A stretch of DNA of 64,000 nucleotides from Nocardioides sp. (GCF_036493135.1 NZ_DASXQG010000051.1:5785-69784), one strand, 5' to 3'; shown: positions 1 through 8,744, numbered from the stretch's first letter. Notes: generated by a model not told the origin, from the sequence alone. A program made the numbers and translations.

Positions 1-1010
1 TCGGTCAGACCGAGGCGCACGTGGACGCAGGTGAGGAAGAGGCGGTAGGGCTCCTCGGCGTTCAGCCGCCGGTAGCGCGGCTCGACCTCGGGAAGTCCGG
101 GCAGCCGCCGATCGAGCCGGTCGAGCAGGTCGTCGGAGACGGCGCCGACCCGGCTGCTCACCGAGAGATCGCGACGTACCCGGTCCACCAGCGTGCGCAG
201 CAGCCGGATGCCGTGCACGGCCTGGAGGGTCAGCACCTCGCGCGTCGTCGCCGGGGTGACGTGAGGGTTCCCGTCGCGGTCGCCACCGACCCAGCTTCCG
301 AAGCGGAGCGGCCGCACGTCGGGCGGGAGGCCGACGCCGATCGTGGCGAGCTGGTCGCGCAGCTCCTCGAGCACGTCCGGCAGCGCCGCCCCCGACAGGC
401 CCTCGAGGTAGTAGACGATGTTGCGCGCCTCGTCGGTGGGGTCGGGCGGCTCGACCCGGATCTCGTCGGTGAGCCAGAGCAGCTCGATGGCCTCCTCGAG
501 ACGGCGGGTACGGCGCGGGGTGTCCGGCTCCTCGAGCAGCGCGGCGACCCGCCGCAGCTTGTCGATCGTCGAACGCCGCGCGACCTCGGTCGGGTGCGCG
601 GTGAACACCGGCCGGACGCCGACCTGGCACAGAATCTCGCCGACCTCTTCCGACGCGATGCCGGCGTCGGCGATGCGAGCGACCGCCTGCTCGATCCAGC
701 CGCCTTCCTCCTCCCGCGCCCGGGTCAGCGCGCGGCCGCGGTGGACCTGCTCGGTGATGTTCGCCAGGTGGAAGTACGCCGTGAACGCCCGCACCAGCCG
801 GGTCACCGTCGCCAGGTCGAAGTCCGGCAGCTCGGCGAGCCGCCCCTCCTTCGCGTGTCCGCGCACCCGCTCGACCAGGTCCAGCAGGTCCTGGCCCTCG
901 GTACGGGCCAGGGTCTCGCCCAGGATCGACGTCACGCGACGGATGTCGCGGCGCAGCGCTCGGTCCGGTGACGGGCTCGGCGTACTCGTCTCCTCGACCA
1001 TGTCTCCCAT
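1..1010 (-). CDS. ppc: Phosphoenolpyruvate carboxylase, N-terminal ~336 codons (gene continues beyond window start)
   Basis: Absent from the ORF track because it runs off the edge. My minus-strand translation from ATG 1008-1010 reads MGDMVEETSTPSPSPDRALRRDIRRVTSILGETLART... It contains the PEPC signatures VFTAHPTE and FGSWVGGDRDGNP. The + ORFs 21..971 and 418..1824 are antisense shadows. Confidence 0.9.
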   Translation of the reverse strand, partial: MGDMVEETSTPSPSPDRALRRDIRRVTSILGETLARTEGQDLLDLVERVRGHAKEGRLAELPDFDLATVTRLVRAFTAYFHLANITEQVHRGRALTRAREEEGGWIEQAVARIADAGIASEEVGEILCQVGVRPVFTAHPTEVARRSTIDKLRRVAALLEEPDTPRRTRRLEEAIELLWLTDEIRVEPPDPTDEARNIVYYLEGLSGAALPDVLEELRDQLATIGVGLPPDVRPLRFGSWVGGDRDGNPHVTPATTREVLTLQAVHGIRLLRTLVDRVRRDLSVSSRVGAVSDDLLDRLDRRLPGLPEVEPRYRRLNAEEPYRLFLTCVHVRLGLT

Positions 1011-1081
1011 CGTCACCGCTGCCCGGCGTCCCGGTGCTGCGGCGTTCACGGACCGAACGTCGCCGGGATACCCCTCCCGGG

Positions 1082-1087
1082 TACAGT
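1082..1087 (+). promoter_or_regulatory. -10-like hexamer TACAGT, 6 nt upstream of csoR ATG (leaderless-type arrangement)
   Basis: TANNNT hexamer, then GGCCCC, then ATG 1094. No Shine-Dalgarno sequence in between. Confidence 0.35.
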
Positions 1088-1093
1088 GGCCCC

Positions 1094-1378
1094 ATGGAGC
1101 ACCCCGGCTACGTCAGCGACAAGGACGACGTGCTGAAGCGACTGCGGCGCATCGAGGGTCAGGCCCGCGGGCTGCAGCGGATGGTCGAGGAGGAGCAGTA
1201 CTGCATCGACATCCTCACGCAGGTCTCGGCGATGACCAAGGCTCTGCAGGCGGTCGCGCTGAACCTCCTCGACGACCACCTCGCGCACTGCGTCCGCGAC
1301 GCGGTCGCCACCGGCGTGGGCGCCGACGAGAAGCTGACCGAGGCTTCCGACGCGATCGCGCGACTCGTCCGCTCCTGA
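1094..1378 (+). CDS. csoR: CsoR-family metal-sensing transcriptional repressor (DUF156)
   Basis: Internal ATG (M43) of ORF 968..1378. Sequence MEHPGYVSDKDDVLKRLRRIEGQARGLQRMVEEEQYCIDILTQ...DDHLAHC shows the x-C-H-C ligand pattern (YC ... HxxxC) of copper-sensing CsoR. Confidence 0.85.
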   Translation: MEHPGYVSDKDDVLKRLRRIEGQARGLQRMVEEEQYCIDILTQVSAMTKALQAVALNLLDDHLAHCVRDAVATGVGADEKLTEASDAIARLVRS

Positions 1379-1498
1379 TCGGGCTGTGGGGAGTCCGAGC
1401 GGCCCGAGGCCCGGTTCGGGGTCGGCTCCGGGACCTGCCCGGTTGGGTGAGGCGCGCGGGACGGGCAGGATGGAGGCTTCAGACACCCAGGAGGTGCC

Positions 1499-1873
1499 AT
1501 GTCCGACCAGCCGCCCGACCAGTCCTCGCACGACCCCTCGGAGAGGCCGCCGCTCCACGAGACGATCCGGGCGAAGATGGAGGAGTACGAGGTCGAACGC
1601 CACCTCACCGAGATCGCGAGCTCGCTGGAGCACGCCGTACGCCAGGGTGTCGCGAAGGCCGGGGAGCTGGCCCACGAGCACAAGGGCGACCTCGAGCGGC
1701 TGTTCGACAAGGCCGCCAGTGCCCTCGACAGCCGTACCGACGGCAAGCACGCGGACACGATCAGCCAGGTGCGCGGATCGTTGGAGCGCGGGGTCGAGAA
1801 GATCGCCGACCAGCGGCCCGGTGACGCGCCCGGCGAGCCGCCGGCCTCCGACGTACCGCCGAGCAACGGGTGA
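1499..1873 (+). CDS. Small acidic protein with MT0933-like ('antitoxin'-annotated) C-terminal motif
   Basis: ORF 1499..1873, with SD CAGGAGG just upstream. The segment DKAASALDSRTDGKHADTISQVRGSLERGVEKIA resembles the KAGD..TGGKY.DKID.. motif of the MT0933-like family. High GC3. Confidence 0.6.
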   Translation: MSDQPPDQSSHDPSERPPLHETIRAKMEEYEVERHLTEIASSLEHAVRQGVAKAGELAHEHKGDLERLFDKAASALDSRTDGKHADTISQVRGSLERGVEKIADQRPGDAPGEPPASDVPPSNG

Positions 1874-1880
1874 CCGCCTC

Positions 1881-2594
1881 GTGTCGCTGAAACGCACCGA
1901 CCCCGACCCTCTCCCGGTGCCGGACCAGCGCGGCGACGACGGGATCGTCGGCCGCCTGGTGCAGGTGCTGCTCGATGCCGGGATCGACGGGCTGGGCCCG
2001 CTCAAGTCGGCGCGCGAGCTGGCCGACGTGGCACGCCTCGAGACGCGCACGACGGAAGGTGCGGTCAAGAAGATCGTGCGCTCGCACGTCGTCAAGGGGG
2101 GCGTCGGAGGGTTCGTGACCAGCGTCGGCGGCTTCGTGACGATGCCGGTCGCGCTGCCGGCGAACGTCATCGAGTTCTACGTCGGCGCCACCCGGATGGT
2201 GGCCGCGATCGCGAACCTCAAGGGGTACGACGTGGACGACCCGCAGGTGCGGACCGCCGTACTGCTGACCCTGGTCGGCTCCGAGGCGGACGACGTGCTG
2301 GCCAAGGCCGGCCTCACCGGCGGGTCCGGCGGCTCCGGCAAGGTGGTCGGACTGGTCGGCCAGCAGCTGCCGCCGGCCGCCCTGCTGATCCTGAACAAGG
2401 CCATCGCCTTCCGCTTGCTCCGCGGCTTCGGCGAGAAGGCGTTCTCGCGCCTCGGCCGGGGGATCCCCCTCGCCGGTGGTGTCCTCGGCGGCGGCATCGA
2501 CGTGTGGATGATGAAGCGGATCGCCGACCACGCGATGGGTGAGTTCCCGCCCGTGGACTCGACTTCAACGGTCGTCCGCCCGGGCGGCTACTAG
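1881..2594 (+). CDS. EcsC family protein
   Basis: In-frame GTG at 1881 within ORF 1386..2594. Reads VSLKRTDP...GIVGRLVQVLLDAGIDGLGPLKSARELA...GGFVTMPVALPANVIEFYVGATRMVAAIANLKGYD, typical of EcsC-like proteins. The upstream part of the ORF is R/S/T-rich shadow. Confidence 0.7.
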   Translation: MSLKRTDPDPLPVPDQRGDDGIVGRLVQVLLDAGIDGLGPLKSARELADVARLETRTTEGAVKKIVRSHVVKGGVGGFVTSVGGFVTMPVALPANVIEFYVGATRMVAAIANLKGYDVDDPQVRTAVLLTLVGSEADDVLAKAGLTGGSGGSGKVVGLVGQQLPPAALLILNKAIAFRLLRGFGEKAFSRLGRGIPLAGGVLGGGIDVWMMKRIADHAMGEFPPVDSTSTVVRPGGY

Positions 2595-2617
2595 AACATC
2601 CGCTCAGGCGGACGACC
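2570..2617. repeat. 48-nt hairpin repeat element, copy 1 (11-bp arms GGTCGTCCGCC / GGCGGACGACC, 26-nt loop with CTAG core)
   Basis: Same arm sequences, arm length and loop length as the two copies at 9493..9540 and 9555..9602. Overlaps the last codons and stop of the EcsC gene. Confidence 0.75.
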
Positions 2618-2627
2618 CGCGGGGCCG

Positions 2628-3467
2628 TCAACCCACGTCCCGCACCGCCTGCGCGACCGCTGCGGCACCGCGACGGCTGAGCACGATCGTGTAGTGGTTG
2701 ACGTCCGGGACGTGGCGGATGTCGAGGTCGGGCCAACGCACGGCGTACTCGTCGACCGTCGGCCGCGGGTAGAGCCCGGGTGGGTCGTCGGCGAAGCCGC
2801 GTGACGCGTGGAGGAAGACCCGTGGCGGCATCGGCTCGTCCAGGGCATCGGCGAACGCCGTCCCCTGGACCATGTCGATCTGGTCTGACTCGACGACGTC
2901 GGCGTCCGCCGACGGGCGGCCCGGCGCCTCGGGGAGGTCGTAGTCGGCGTACTCCTCGGTCTCGGGCGTCCAGTCCCGCGCGAACGCCGGGTGCCCGCGG
3001 AACCAGTCGCGGTAGCCCTCGCGGGTGTACGTCGTCAGCAGCCGCTGCTTGATCGGCCGGAGGCCGGCGAGCGTCGCCTCCTCGTCCGCGGCCGGGAAGG
3101 GGAGGCCACCGTCGACCAGGACCAGGCCGCGGACCAGGTCGGGACGGCGTGCCGCCAGGACGGTCGCGACGAAGCCGCCCATCGAGTGGCCGACCACCAC
3201 GAGTGGGACGCCGCCGGTCGCCTCGACGACAGCGGCACAGTCCTCGGCATGCTGGGCGATCCCGGTCGGTCCCGGAAGCCGGTTGGAGCGACCGCGGCCA
3301 CGGAGGTCGGGTGCGAAGACCGCCTGGTCGAGCGCTCCGGCCAGGAAGGGCCACGACCGCGACGACGAGGTGATGCCGTGGATCGCGAGCACCGGGGCGC
3401 CGGTGCCGGACCACGCCGCGACCCGCAGTGTCCCGCCGGAGACGGGGACGTCGAGCGGGTCAGGCAT
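2628..3467 (-). CDS. Alpha/beta hydrolase
   Basis: ORF 2628..3554 from M30 (MPDPLDVPVSGGTLRVAAW..). Has HG box (LAIHGITSS) and nucleophile elbow GHSMGG. Confidence 0.8.
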   Translation of the reverse strand: MPDPLDVPVSGGTLRVAAWSGTGAPVLAIHGITSSSRSWPFLAGALDQAVFAPDLRGRGRSNRLPGPTGIAQHAEDCAAVVEATGGVPLVVVGHSMGGFVATVLAARRPDLVRGLVLVDGGLPFPAADEEATLAGLRPIKQRLLTTYTREGYRDWFRGHPAFARDWTPETEEYADYDLPEAPGRPSADADVVESDQIDMVQGTAFADALDEPMPPRVFLHASRGFADDPPGLYPRPTVDEYAVRWPDLDIRHVPDVNHYTIVLSRRGAAAVAQAVRDVG

Positions 3468-4515
3468 CGGCCATCGTCCGCTCGATCTCGGCGGCCACGA
3501 CGTCGGGCACCTCGAGCGGGATCCCGTGACCGACCCCGTCGAGAACGACCTCACGCCACCTCCCGCCGTTGCCGGCGTACCGCTCCAGCACGCTGCGCAG
3601 CTGGGTCTCCATCGGCTGCGGCGGCATCGAGTCCGCGCCCGGCCAGCCGGGTACGACGCCGAGCTCGCCGAGGGTGGCCAGGTCGAACATCGACCGGTCC
3701 GAGACCACCTGGTCCGCAGTGGCGCGGAGCCAGGTGATCGGCGGGCCGTCGCGCAGGTCGCCGAACGCGCTCGTGTCGCAGTACTTGCCGGACATCGTGT
3801 TCATCACGCCCCGCGTGCCGGGACCCGTGTTCGGCCAGTGCTCCGACGACAGCGCGTCGCCGGGATAGTGGTCGTCGCCGACGGTGGTGCCGAGCAGCTC
3901 GGACACCAGGAAGTCCTCGTCGACGTTCGGTCGGTTGGCGCCCGGGCCGAAGAACGTCAGCAGGACCTCACGGGGCGCGCTGATCGGGTCGTCGCTGCCG
4001 CCGTCGCGCTCGGCCAGCCGGCGCACGAAGTCGGGAGCGGCGGTGCCGCCGCCGGTGCCGGCCCAGTCGGGCGTGCACGGCTGACCGTCCGCGCCCCGAC
4101 AGCCGCCGAATCCGTACGGCGAGAGCGGTGCCATCAGCGTCACGCTGGCGAGGTCGCGGGGGTGGTCGATCAGGTATTGCTGGAGCACCCCGCCCCCCAT
4201 CGACCAGCCGGCGGCGTGGACGTCGCCGCGGCCGCTGAGACCCAGCGTCTCGAGCAGGTCGTGCACGTCGTCGGACATGTCCCGCAGCCCGCGGGTCGCG
4301 TCGACCGGCTTCGGCTCGGTGCGCCCGAACGACCGGAGGTCCGGCGCGATCACCCGCACGTCCGCCGGCAGCCGCTGCGCGACGTACCTCCAGAAGCCGC
4401 CGGTGGTGATGTTCCCGTGGACGAGGAGGAGCGGTGTGCCGTCTGCCGGTCCACTCGTCCAGACGTACTGACCCAGTCGCGGGGTGTCGACCATCGAGCC
4501 GGCGAAGTCGGTCAT
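3460..4515 (-). CDS. Alpha/beta hydrolase
   Basis: ORF 3460..4515. Has LLLVHGNITTGGFW and GWSMGG nucleophile elbow. Its 3' end overlaps the next hydrolase start by 8 nt. Confidence 0.8.
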   Translation of the reverse strand: MTDFAGSMVDTPRLGQYVWTSGPADGTPLLLVHGNITTGGFWRYVAQRLPADVRVIAPDLRSFGRTEPKPVDATRGLRDMSDDVHDLLETLGLSGRGDVHAAGWSMGGGVLQQYLIDHPRDLASVTLMAPLSPYGFGGCRGADGQPCTPDWAGTGGGTAAPDFVRRLAERDGGSDDPISAPREVLLTFFGPGANRPNVDEDFLVSELLGTTVGDDHYPGDALSSEHWPNTGPGTRGVMNTMSGKYCDTSAFGDLRDGPPITWLRATADQVVSDRSMFDLATLGELGVVPGWPGADSMPPQPMETQLRSVLERYAGNGGRWREVVLDGVGHGIPLEVPDVVAAEIERTMADA

Positions 4516-4608
4516 GGGCTCAGGTCTATCACCGGCCGGCGTACCCGGGACGCGATGTCATGGGAACCCGGTCGACAGCGCGGTCCTTGGTCCGGTGGGG
4601 TGGTGGTC

Positions 4609-5544
4609 ATGACGCGGATGCACGAGGACGAGATCGAGGTCGACGAGGACCTGGTCCGCCGGCTCCTCGCCTCACTCTCACCGGCGTACGACGGACTCTC
4701 GCTGCGCCGCTTCGCGTCCACGGGCTCGACCAACGCCTTGTTCCGGCTCGGCGAGGACCTCCTCGTGCGGGTGCCGCGTCAGCCCGGCGGGACGACGACG
4801 ATCGAGAAGGAGCAGCGCTGGCTCCCGTACGTCGCGCACGTGATCCCGGTCGCGGTTCCCGAGGTCGAGGTCGTCGGCGAGCCGGTAGCGGGCTACTCCG
4901 AGAAGTGGTCCGTCGTCCGGTTCCTCGACGGGGCCGTACCTACCCTGCCCGAGGACGGCGAGCCTCCGCGGCACGACCTCGCCCGCGACCTCGCCGCGGT
5001 CGTGAACGCGCTGGGCGGTCTCGAGGTCCCACCGGAGGCGCTCGCCGATCCGGCGCTCCACTGGTACCGCGGGGACCCGTTGGCGGCCATGGACGACGAC
5101 ATGCGGGTGTACCTGCGGGAGTGCCGCGACCTCCCCGACCTGCGCCTCGACCTGGCCGCCGCCGAGCGGGTGTGGGCCGAGACGTCGGGGATGCCCGAGG
5201 CGGGCCGCGTGGTCGATCCGCGCTGGTACCACGGCGACCTCAACGCCGAGAACCTGCTGGTCCGCGACGGGCGCCTGGTCGCCGTGCTCGACTTCGGCGG
5301 GCTCTCGGTCGGCGACCCGACCAACGACCTCTCGGTGGCCTGGCAGCTGCTGGACCCGGCCGCTCGCGAGACCTTCCGCAGCGCGCTCGGGGTCGACGAC
5401 GTCAGCTGGCGCCTGGCGCGCGGCTGGGCTCTGGTGCTGGCGATGATGGGCCAGCCGTACTACTGGCACACCATGCCCGAGCGGTGCCTGCGCGGTGCCC
5501 ACACGGCGCGGGCCGTGATCGCCGACGCGGCCTCGGGCTCCTAG
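4609..5544 (+). CDS. Aminoglycoside/choline-kinase-type phosphotransferase (APH family)
   Basis: ATG 4609 inside the long shadow ORF 3025..5544. Reads MTRMHEDEIEVDEDLVRRLL.. with Brenner motif HGDLNAENLLV and VLDFGGLSVGDP. Confidence 0.8.
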   Translation: MTRMHEDEIEVDEDLVRRLLASLSPAYDGLSLRRFASTGSTNALFRLGEDLLVRVPRQPGGTTTIEKEQRWLPYVAHVIPVAVPEVEVVGEPVAGYSEKWSVVRFLDGAVPTLPEDGEPPRHDLARDLAAVVNALGGLEVPPEALADPALHWYRGDPLAAMDDDMRVYLRECRDLPDLRLDLAAAERVWAETSGMPEAGRVVDPRWYHGDLNAENLLVRDGRLVAVLDFGGLSVGDPTNDLSVAWQLLDPAARETFRSALGVDDVSWRLARGWALVLAMMGQPYYWHTMPERCLRGAHTARAVIADAASGS

Positions 5545-5763
5545 CGTCTGGCGCGCCATCGCAGCGGGTCCACCGTGGGCGGATGGCGACGGCGCAGGCG
5601 CAGGGCCTCCCGAGGACGCAGTGCACGAGCGGGTCGGGGCGACTGGTCGGTCGTCGACATCCTGCGACATCTGGTCTTCGTCCACGACGCACGGGTCGCC
5701 CACGCCCGGGGCGCTACCCGGTACGCCGGTTCGCGCGCGACCTGGCCGTGGTCTTGGCGCGAC

Positions 5764-6000
5764 TCAGCGGGAGTTGAGCCAGAACAAGGCGGTCAGCAGG
5801 ACGATGAAGACCAGCAGGCAGAGGACGACCCAGCGGTAGACCCCGAACCCGCGGGTCCGCAGCTGCTGCTCCCGTGCGACGTCCCCGACCCGCTTGGCCT
5901 TGAGGATCTGGGCGGCGAGCGCGAACCGGTAGGCGACGTACCCGCCACCCACCAGGATGATCACCACCCGCCAGAGCATGTCCGGAGCATCGCACGTCAC
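5764..6000 (-). CDS. Small integral membrane protein (two predicted TM helices)
   Basis: ORF 5764..6000. MLWRVVIILVGGGYVAYRF...VYRWVVLCLLVFIVLLTALFW. Start is uncertain (GTG 6000 or ATG 5979). Confidence 0.45.
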   Translation of the reverse strand: MTCDAPDMLWRVVIILVGGGYVAYRFALAAQILKAKRVGDVAREQQLRTRGFGVYRWVVLCLLVFIVLLTALFWLNSR

Positions 6001-6035
6001 CTCGCCGGCGATCGCCGGATCGGAGCGCGCTTCCC

Positions 6036-6974
6036 TCAGGGCACCAGCGCGAGCTTGCCGCCGGGGTGCTTGCCCTGCAGCACCTCGGCGGCGGTGAGCG
6101 CTTCCTCGAGCGGGTACGTCGCGGCGACGGGCACCTCCAGCTTGCCCGCGCCGGCCGCCTCGATGAGCTCGGCGCGGACGGAGTCGCGGTACGCCTTGCT
6201 GGCCGGCCTGCCACCCCAGATCCGGTGGTAACCGTCCGCGGCGGCCCGATCGCCGGGCGCCACGATCGACACCATCCGACTGCGGTGGGAAACGAGCGCA
6301 AGGGACACCGCAAGCGCCTCGTCGCTCCCGATGCAGTCCAGAGCCGCGGCCACACCTTCAGGGGCCGCGGTCCGCACGCGCTGCCCGAGCCCGTCGCCGT
6401 GCGCGACCGGCTCGCCGCCGTAGCGACGTACGACGTCGAAGCGGGCCGGACTCGCCGTCCCGACCACCCGCGCGCCTAGCAGCGCGGCCTGCTGGAGCAG
6501 CATCACCCCCACCGCACCCGACGCACCGTGCACGAGGACGGTCTCACCGGACCCCACGCCGGTCACGTGCAGCATCTCGGAGGCGGTGGTGGCGGCCAGC
6601 AGCAGGTTCGCGGCCTGCTCGAAGGAGACGCCCGGCGGCTTGGCGAACACATCCTGCGCGGGGATGGTCAGCTCGGAGGCCCAGCCACCGCGCACCCGGA
6701 ACGCCAGCACCTCGTCACCGACCGCGCCGTATCCGGAGGCCAGCTCGGTGTCCGGACCGATCGCCGTCACCACACCGGCGACCTCGTAGCCCACCGGCCG
6801 AGGGAAGTCGTCGGGGTTGTTGCCCTCGGCGACGTGCTTGGCGTCGGCCGGGTTGAGCCCCGATGCGCGCACCACCACGTTCACCTCGCCGCGCCCGGGA
6901 GCCGGCACGTCGACGTCCACCAGCTCGAACACCTCGAGCCCTCCGGGACGATGGGCGATCCAGTGGCGGGCCAT
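6036..6974 (-). CDS. NADPH:quinone oxidoreductase / zinc-type alcohol dehydrogenase superfamily (MDR)
   Basis: ORF 6036..6974. Contains GEVNVVVRASGLNPADAK and VLVHGASGAVGVMLLQQAALLGARVVGTAS (Rossmann GxxGxxG). Confidence 0.85.
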   Translation of the reverse strand: MARHWIAHRPGGLEVFELVDVDVPAPGRGEVNVVVRASGLNPADAKHVAEGNNPDDFPRPVGYEVAGVVTAIGPDTELASGYGAVGDEVLAFRVRGGWASELTIPAQDVFAKPPGVSFEQAANLLLAATTASEMLHVTGVGSGETVLVHGASGAVGVMLLQQAALLGARVVGTASPARFDVVRRYGGEPVAHGDGLGQRVRTAAPEGVAAALDCIGSDEALAVSLALVSHRSRMVSIVAPGDRAAADGYHRIWGGRPASKAYRDSVRAELIEAAGAGKLEVPVAATYPLEEALTAAEVLQGKHPGGKLALVP

Positions 6975-7010
6975 GGCGGGCCAACGGTCACGCGACCGCG
7001 GCCATTCCCC

Positions 7011-7541
7011 TCAGGGTCGGGGTCGGCCTCCGAGCGGCGCGAGCCGGAGCACGTACGCCGGCGGCGGGTCCTCGCGCGGCACGAACCCGAGGCCGGAGAA
7101 GAGTCGGTGCCAGGCGTCGTTCCCCGGAAGGACCTCGCGCACACGCAGCTCGCTCCACCCAAGGACCCGCGCCCGGTCCACCAGCCGCAGGGTCACGCGT
7201 CGCCCGATGCCCTGGCCGCGGGCACCCGGCGCGACCACGATCGGCAGGGTGTCGGGCGCGAGCGTCACATCGCCCACGGCCTGCCAGGCGTCGCGGATGC
7301 GTCGCTCGATCAGGTAGACCTCGCCCTGCGCCGCCAGGGACTCATACATCGCGGCCACGCGCTCGCGTGTGTACGGCGGGTCCCCCGGCCCATCGACGAG
7401 CGCAACCGTCTCGGGGTCGCGGTACCAGGGCCAGGCCAGGTCGACGTCCGCGTCGCCCGCGAACGCACGCAGGCGCAGCTCGTCATCGACGTCTAGCACG
7501 ACGCCTGGCCCACGGCGCGCTACCGGCTCCGACACCCGCAC
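7011..7541 (-). CDS. GNAT family N-acetyltransferase
   Basis: GTG starts at 7541/7535 inside ORF 7011..7841. Contains the acetyl-CoA motif VVAPGARGQGIGRRV. Confidence 0.7.
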   Translation of the reverse strand: MRVSEPVARRGPGVVLDVDDELRLRAFAGDADVDLAWPWYRDPETVALVDGPGDPPYTRERVAAMYESLAAQGEVYLIERRIRDAWQAVGDVTLAPDTLPIVVAPGARGQGIGRRVTLRLVDRARVLGWSELRVREVLPGNDAWHRLFSGLGFVPREDPPPAYVLRLAPLGGRPRP

Positions 7542-7552
7542 GGCCCTCCCTG

Positions 7553-7723
7553 TCAGCTCGCGAAAAGCTCGTCGAGCATCCGGTCGGCTGCGCCGACACC
7601 GATCGAGAGGTGTCGATGACCCCGCCTGCCGGCCGGGAAGTCCAGCCCTTCGGCGTCGTACGGCGCCACGCCGGCGATCACCAGCGCGCCGCGGACCCGG
7701 TCGGGCAGGGTGATGGTGGACAT
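7553..7723 (-). pseudogene. 56-codon ORF resembling an internal alpha/beta-hydrolase fragment (likely gene remnant)
   Basis: My translation: MSTITLPDRVRGALVIAGVAPYDAEGLDFPAGRRGHRHLSIGVGAADRMLDELFAS. The RVRGALVIAGVAPYDAEGLDF stretch looks like the mid-region of a hydrolase, without N- or C-terminal parts. Confidence 0.3.
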
Positions 7724-7743
7724 GGGTCCTCTTCGGCTCGTGG

Positions 7744-7974
7744 TCAGAAGTCGCGGCGGCCGCGCAGCGAGTCGCCGCGGTCGGCGCGGAGGTGCTCCGC
7801 GAACAGCACGGGCGGTCCGTGACCGGGCTCCACACAGGCAACCCGGGTCTGGAAACGCTCCACCGCGAAGACCGGCTCGGCGCCGAGGCGTTCGGTCCAG
7901 TGCGCGAGGTCGGCGGCCGCGTCGCGGCTCGGGCAGTACACGAAGTCGAGCGGACCGAGTGTCAGGCGGTCCAT
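7744..7974 (-). CDS. Short VOC/glyoxalase-like protein, possibly truncated
   Basis: ORF 7744..7974, MDRLTLGPLDFVYCPSRDAAADLAHWTERLGAEPVFAVE... This looks like the first beta-alpha-beta-beta-beta module only (76 aa versus about 120 expected). Confidence 0.35.
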   Translation of the reverse strand: MDRLTLGPLDFVYCPSRDAAADLAHWTERLGAEPVFAVERFQTRVACVEPGHGPPVLFAEHLRADRGDSLRGRRDF

Positions 7975-7977
7975 CGC

Positions 7978-8361
7978 CTAGGCCGGGCCGTCGACGTTGT
8001 ACGTCGGCTCGCCCGTGCCGCAGCGGACGATCACCGCGCGGCCTGGCTCGTCGGACGGGTTCGATTCGCGATGGATGGCGCCGGCCGGGACGCGCAGGAA
8101 GTCACCGGGTCCGGCCTCGACGACGTCCGAGCCGCCGGGACCCGACTCCATCCGCATCCGTCCGCTCACGACGTAGAGCGTCGTCTCGTACTCGCCGTGG
8201 TGGTGCCAGCCGGACGTGGCGTGCGGCTCGGTGTCGACCGTGCCGGTCCACATCCCGTCGGCGTGCATCGCCACCTGCCGGCTCATGCCAGGCGTCGGGT
8301 CGGATGCGGTCAGCTCGTCGGCCCCGACGAGCGAACAGGGCTGCGCGGGATCTCGGCTCAC
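7978..8361 (-). CDS. Cupin domain protein
   Basis: ORF 7978..8361. Cupin motifs GWHHHGEYETTLYVVSG and GDFLRVPAGAIHRESN. Confidence 0.8.
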   Translation of the reverse strand: MSRDPAQPCSLVGADELTASDPTPGMSRQVAMHADGMWTGTVDTEPHATSGWHHHGEYETTLYVVSGRMRMESGPGGSDVVEAGPGDFLRVPAGAIHRESNPSDEPGRAVIVRCGTGEPTYNVDGPA

Positions 8362-8408
8362 CCGATCAGGCTATGCGTTCGCGAGGATGGTCGTCACCAG
8401 CGCGGTCC

Positions 8409-8414
8409 TACGCT
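8409..8414 (+). promoter_or_regulatory. -10-like hexamer TACGCT, 6 nt upstream of GTG 8421
   Basis: TANNNT-N6-GTG with no SD. Same arrangement as at several other genes in the window. Confidence 0.3.
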
Positions 8415-8420
8415 GGCGGG

Positions 8421-8741
8421 GTGCACGAGGACGCCGACCGGCTGCTCGCCGAACGCGAGGCGCAGCTGGAGTCCGAGCTGGTCGAGCTCACGAAGCCGAC
8501 CGGCGAGGTCGGCACGATCTCGTTCGGCAAGCGGATCGGCGACGGCACCTCGATGGCGGTGGACCGGCTGGCGGCGGTCTCGACGCAGGAGCACCTGCTG
8601 ACCATGCTCGACGAGGTACGACGCGCGCGGCGCTGCGTCGCCGACGGCCGTTACGGGATCTGCGAGGTGTGCGGCGAGCCGATCCCCGAGGGCAGGCTCG
8701 AGGCGCGACCATGGGCCACCCGGTGCGTCGCCCACAGTTGA
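8421..8741 (+). CDS. DksA/TraR family C4-type zinc-finger protein
   Basis: GTG 8421 within shadow ORF 7710..8741. Coiled-coil N-part and CEVCGEPIPEGRLEARPWATRC zinc finger. Confidence 0.8.
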   Translation: MHEDADRLLAEREAQLESELVELTKPTGEVGTISFGKRIGDGTSMAVDRLAAVSTQEHLLTMLDEVRRARRCVADGRYGICEVCGEPIPEGRLEARPWATRCVAHS

Positions 8742-8744
8742 GAC

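Noticed and set aside
21-1824. Long + strand ORFs 21..971 and 418..1824 over the start of the window
   Set aside because: They are antisense to a clear ppc reading frame (TAHPTE and GGDRDGNP motifs). Their Arg/Ala/Gly/Pro-rich composition is typical of high-GC shadow ORFs.
3025-4608. Upstream 528 codons of the 839-aa ORF 3025..5544
   Set aside because: This part is antisense to two well-supported alpha/beta hydrolase genes and is R/P/G-rich. Only the portion from ATG 4609 has APH-family motifs.
5575-5760. + frame segment WSVVDILRHLVFVHDARV resembling a DinB/mycothiol-transferase-type helix (possible gene fragment)
   Set aside because: It is a single short motif embedded in an Arg-rich shadow ORF, with no start, no flanking family motifs and no coding-like extent.
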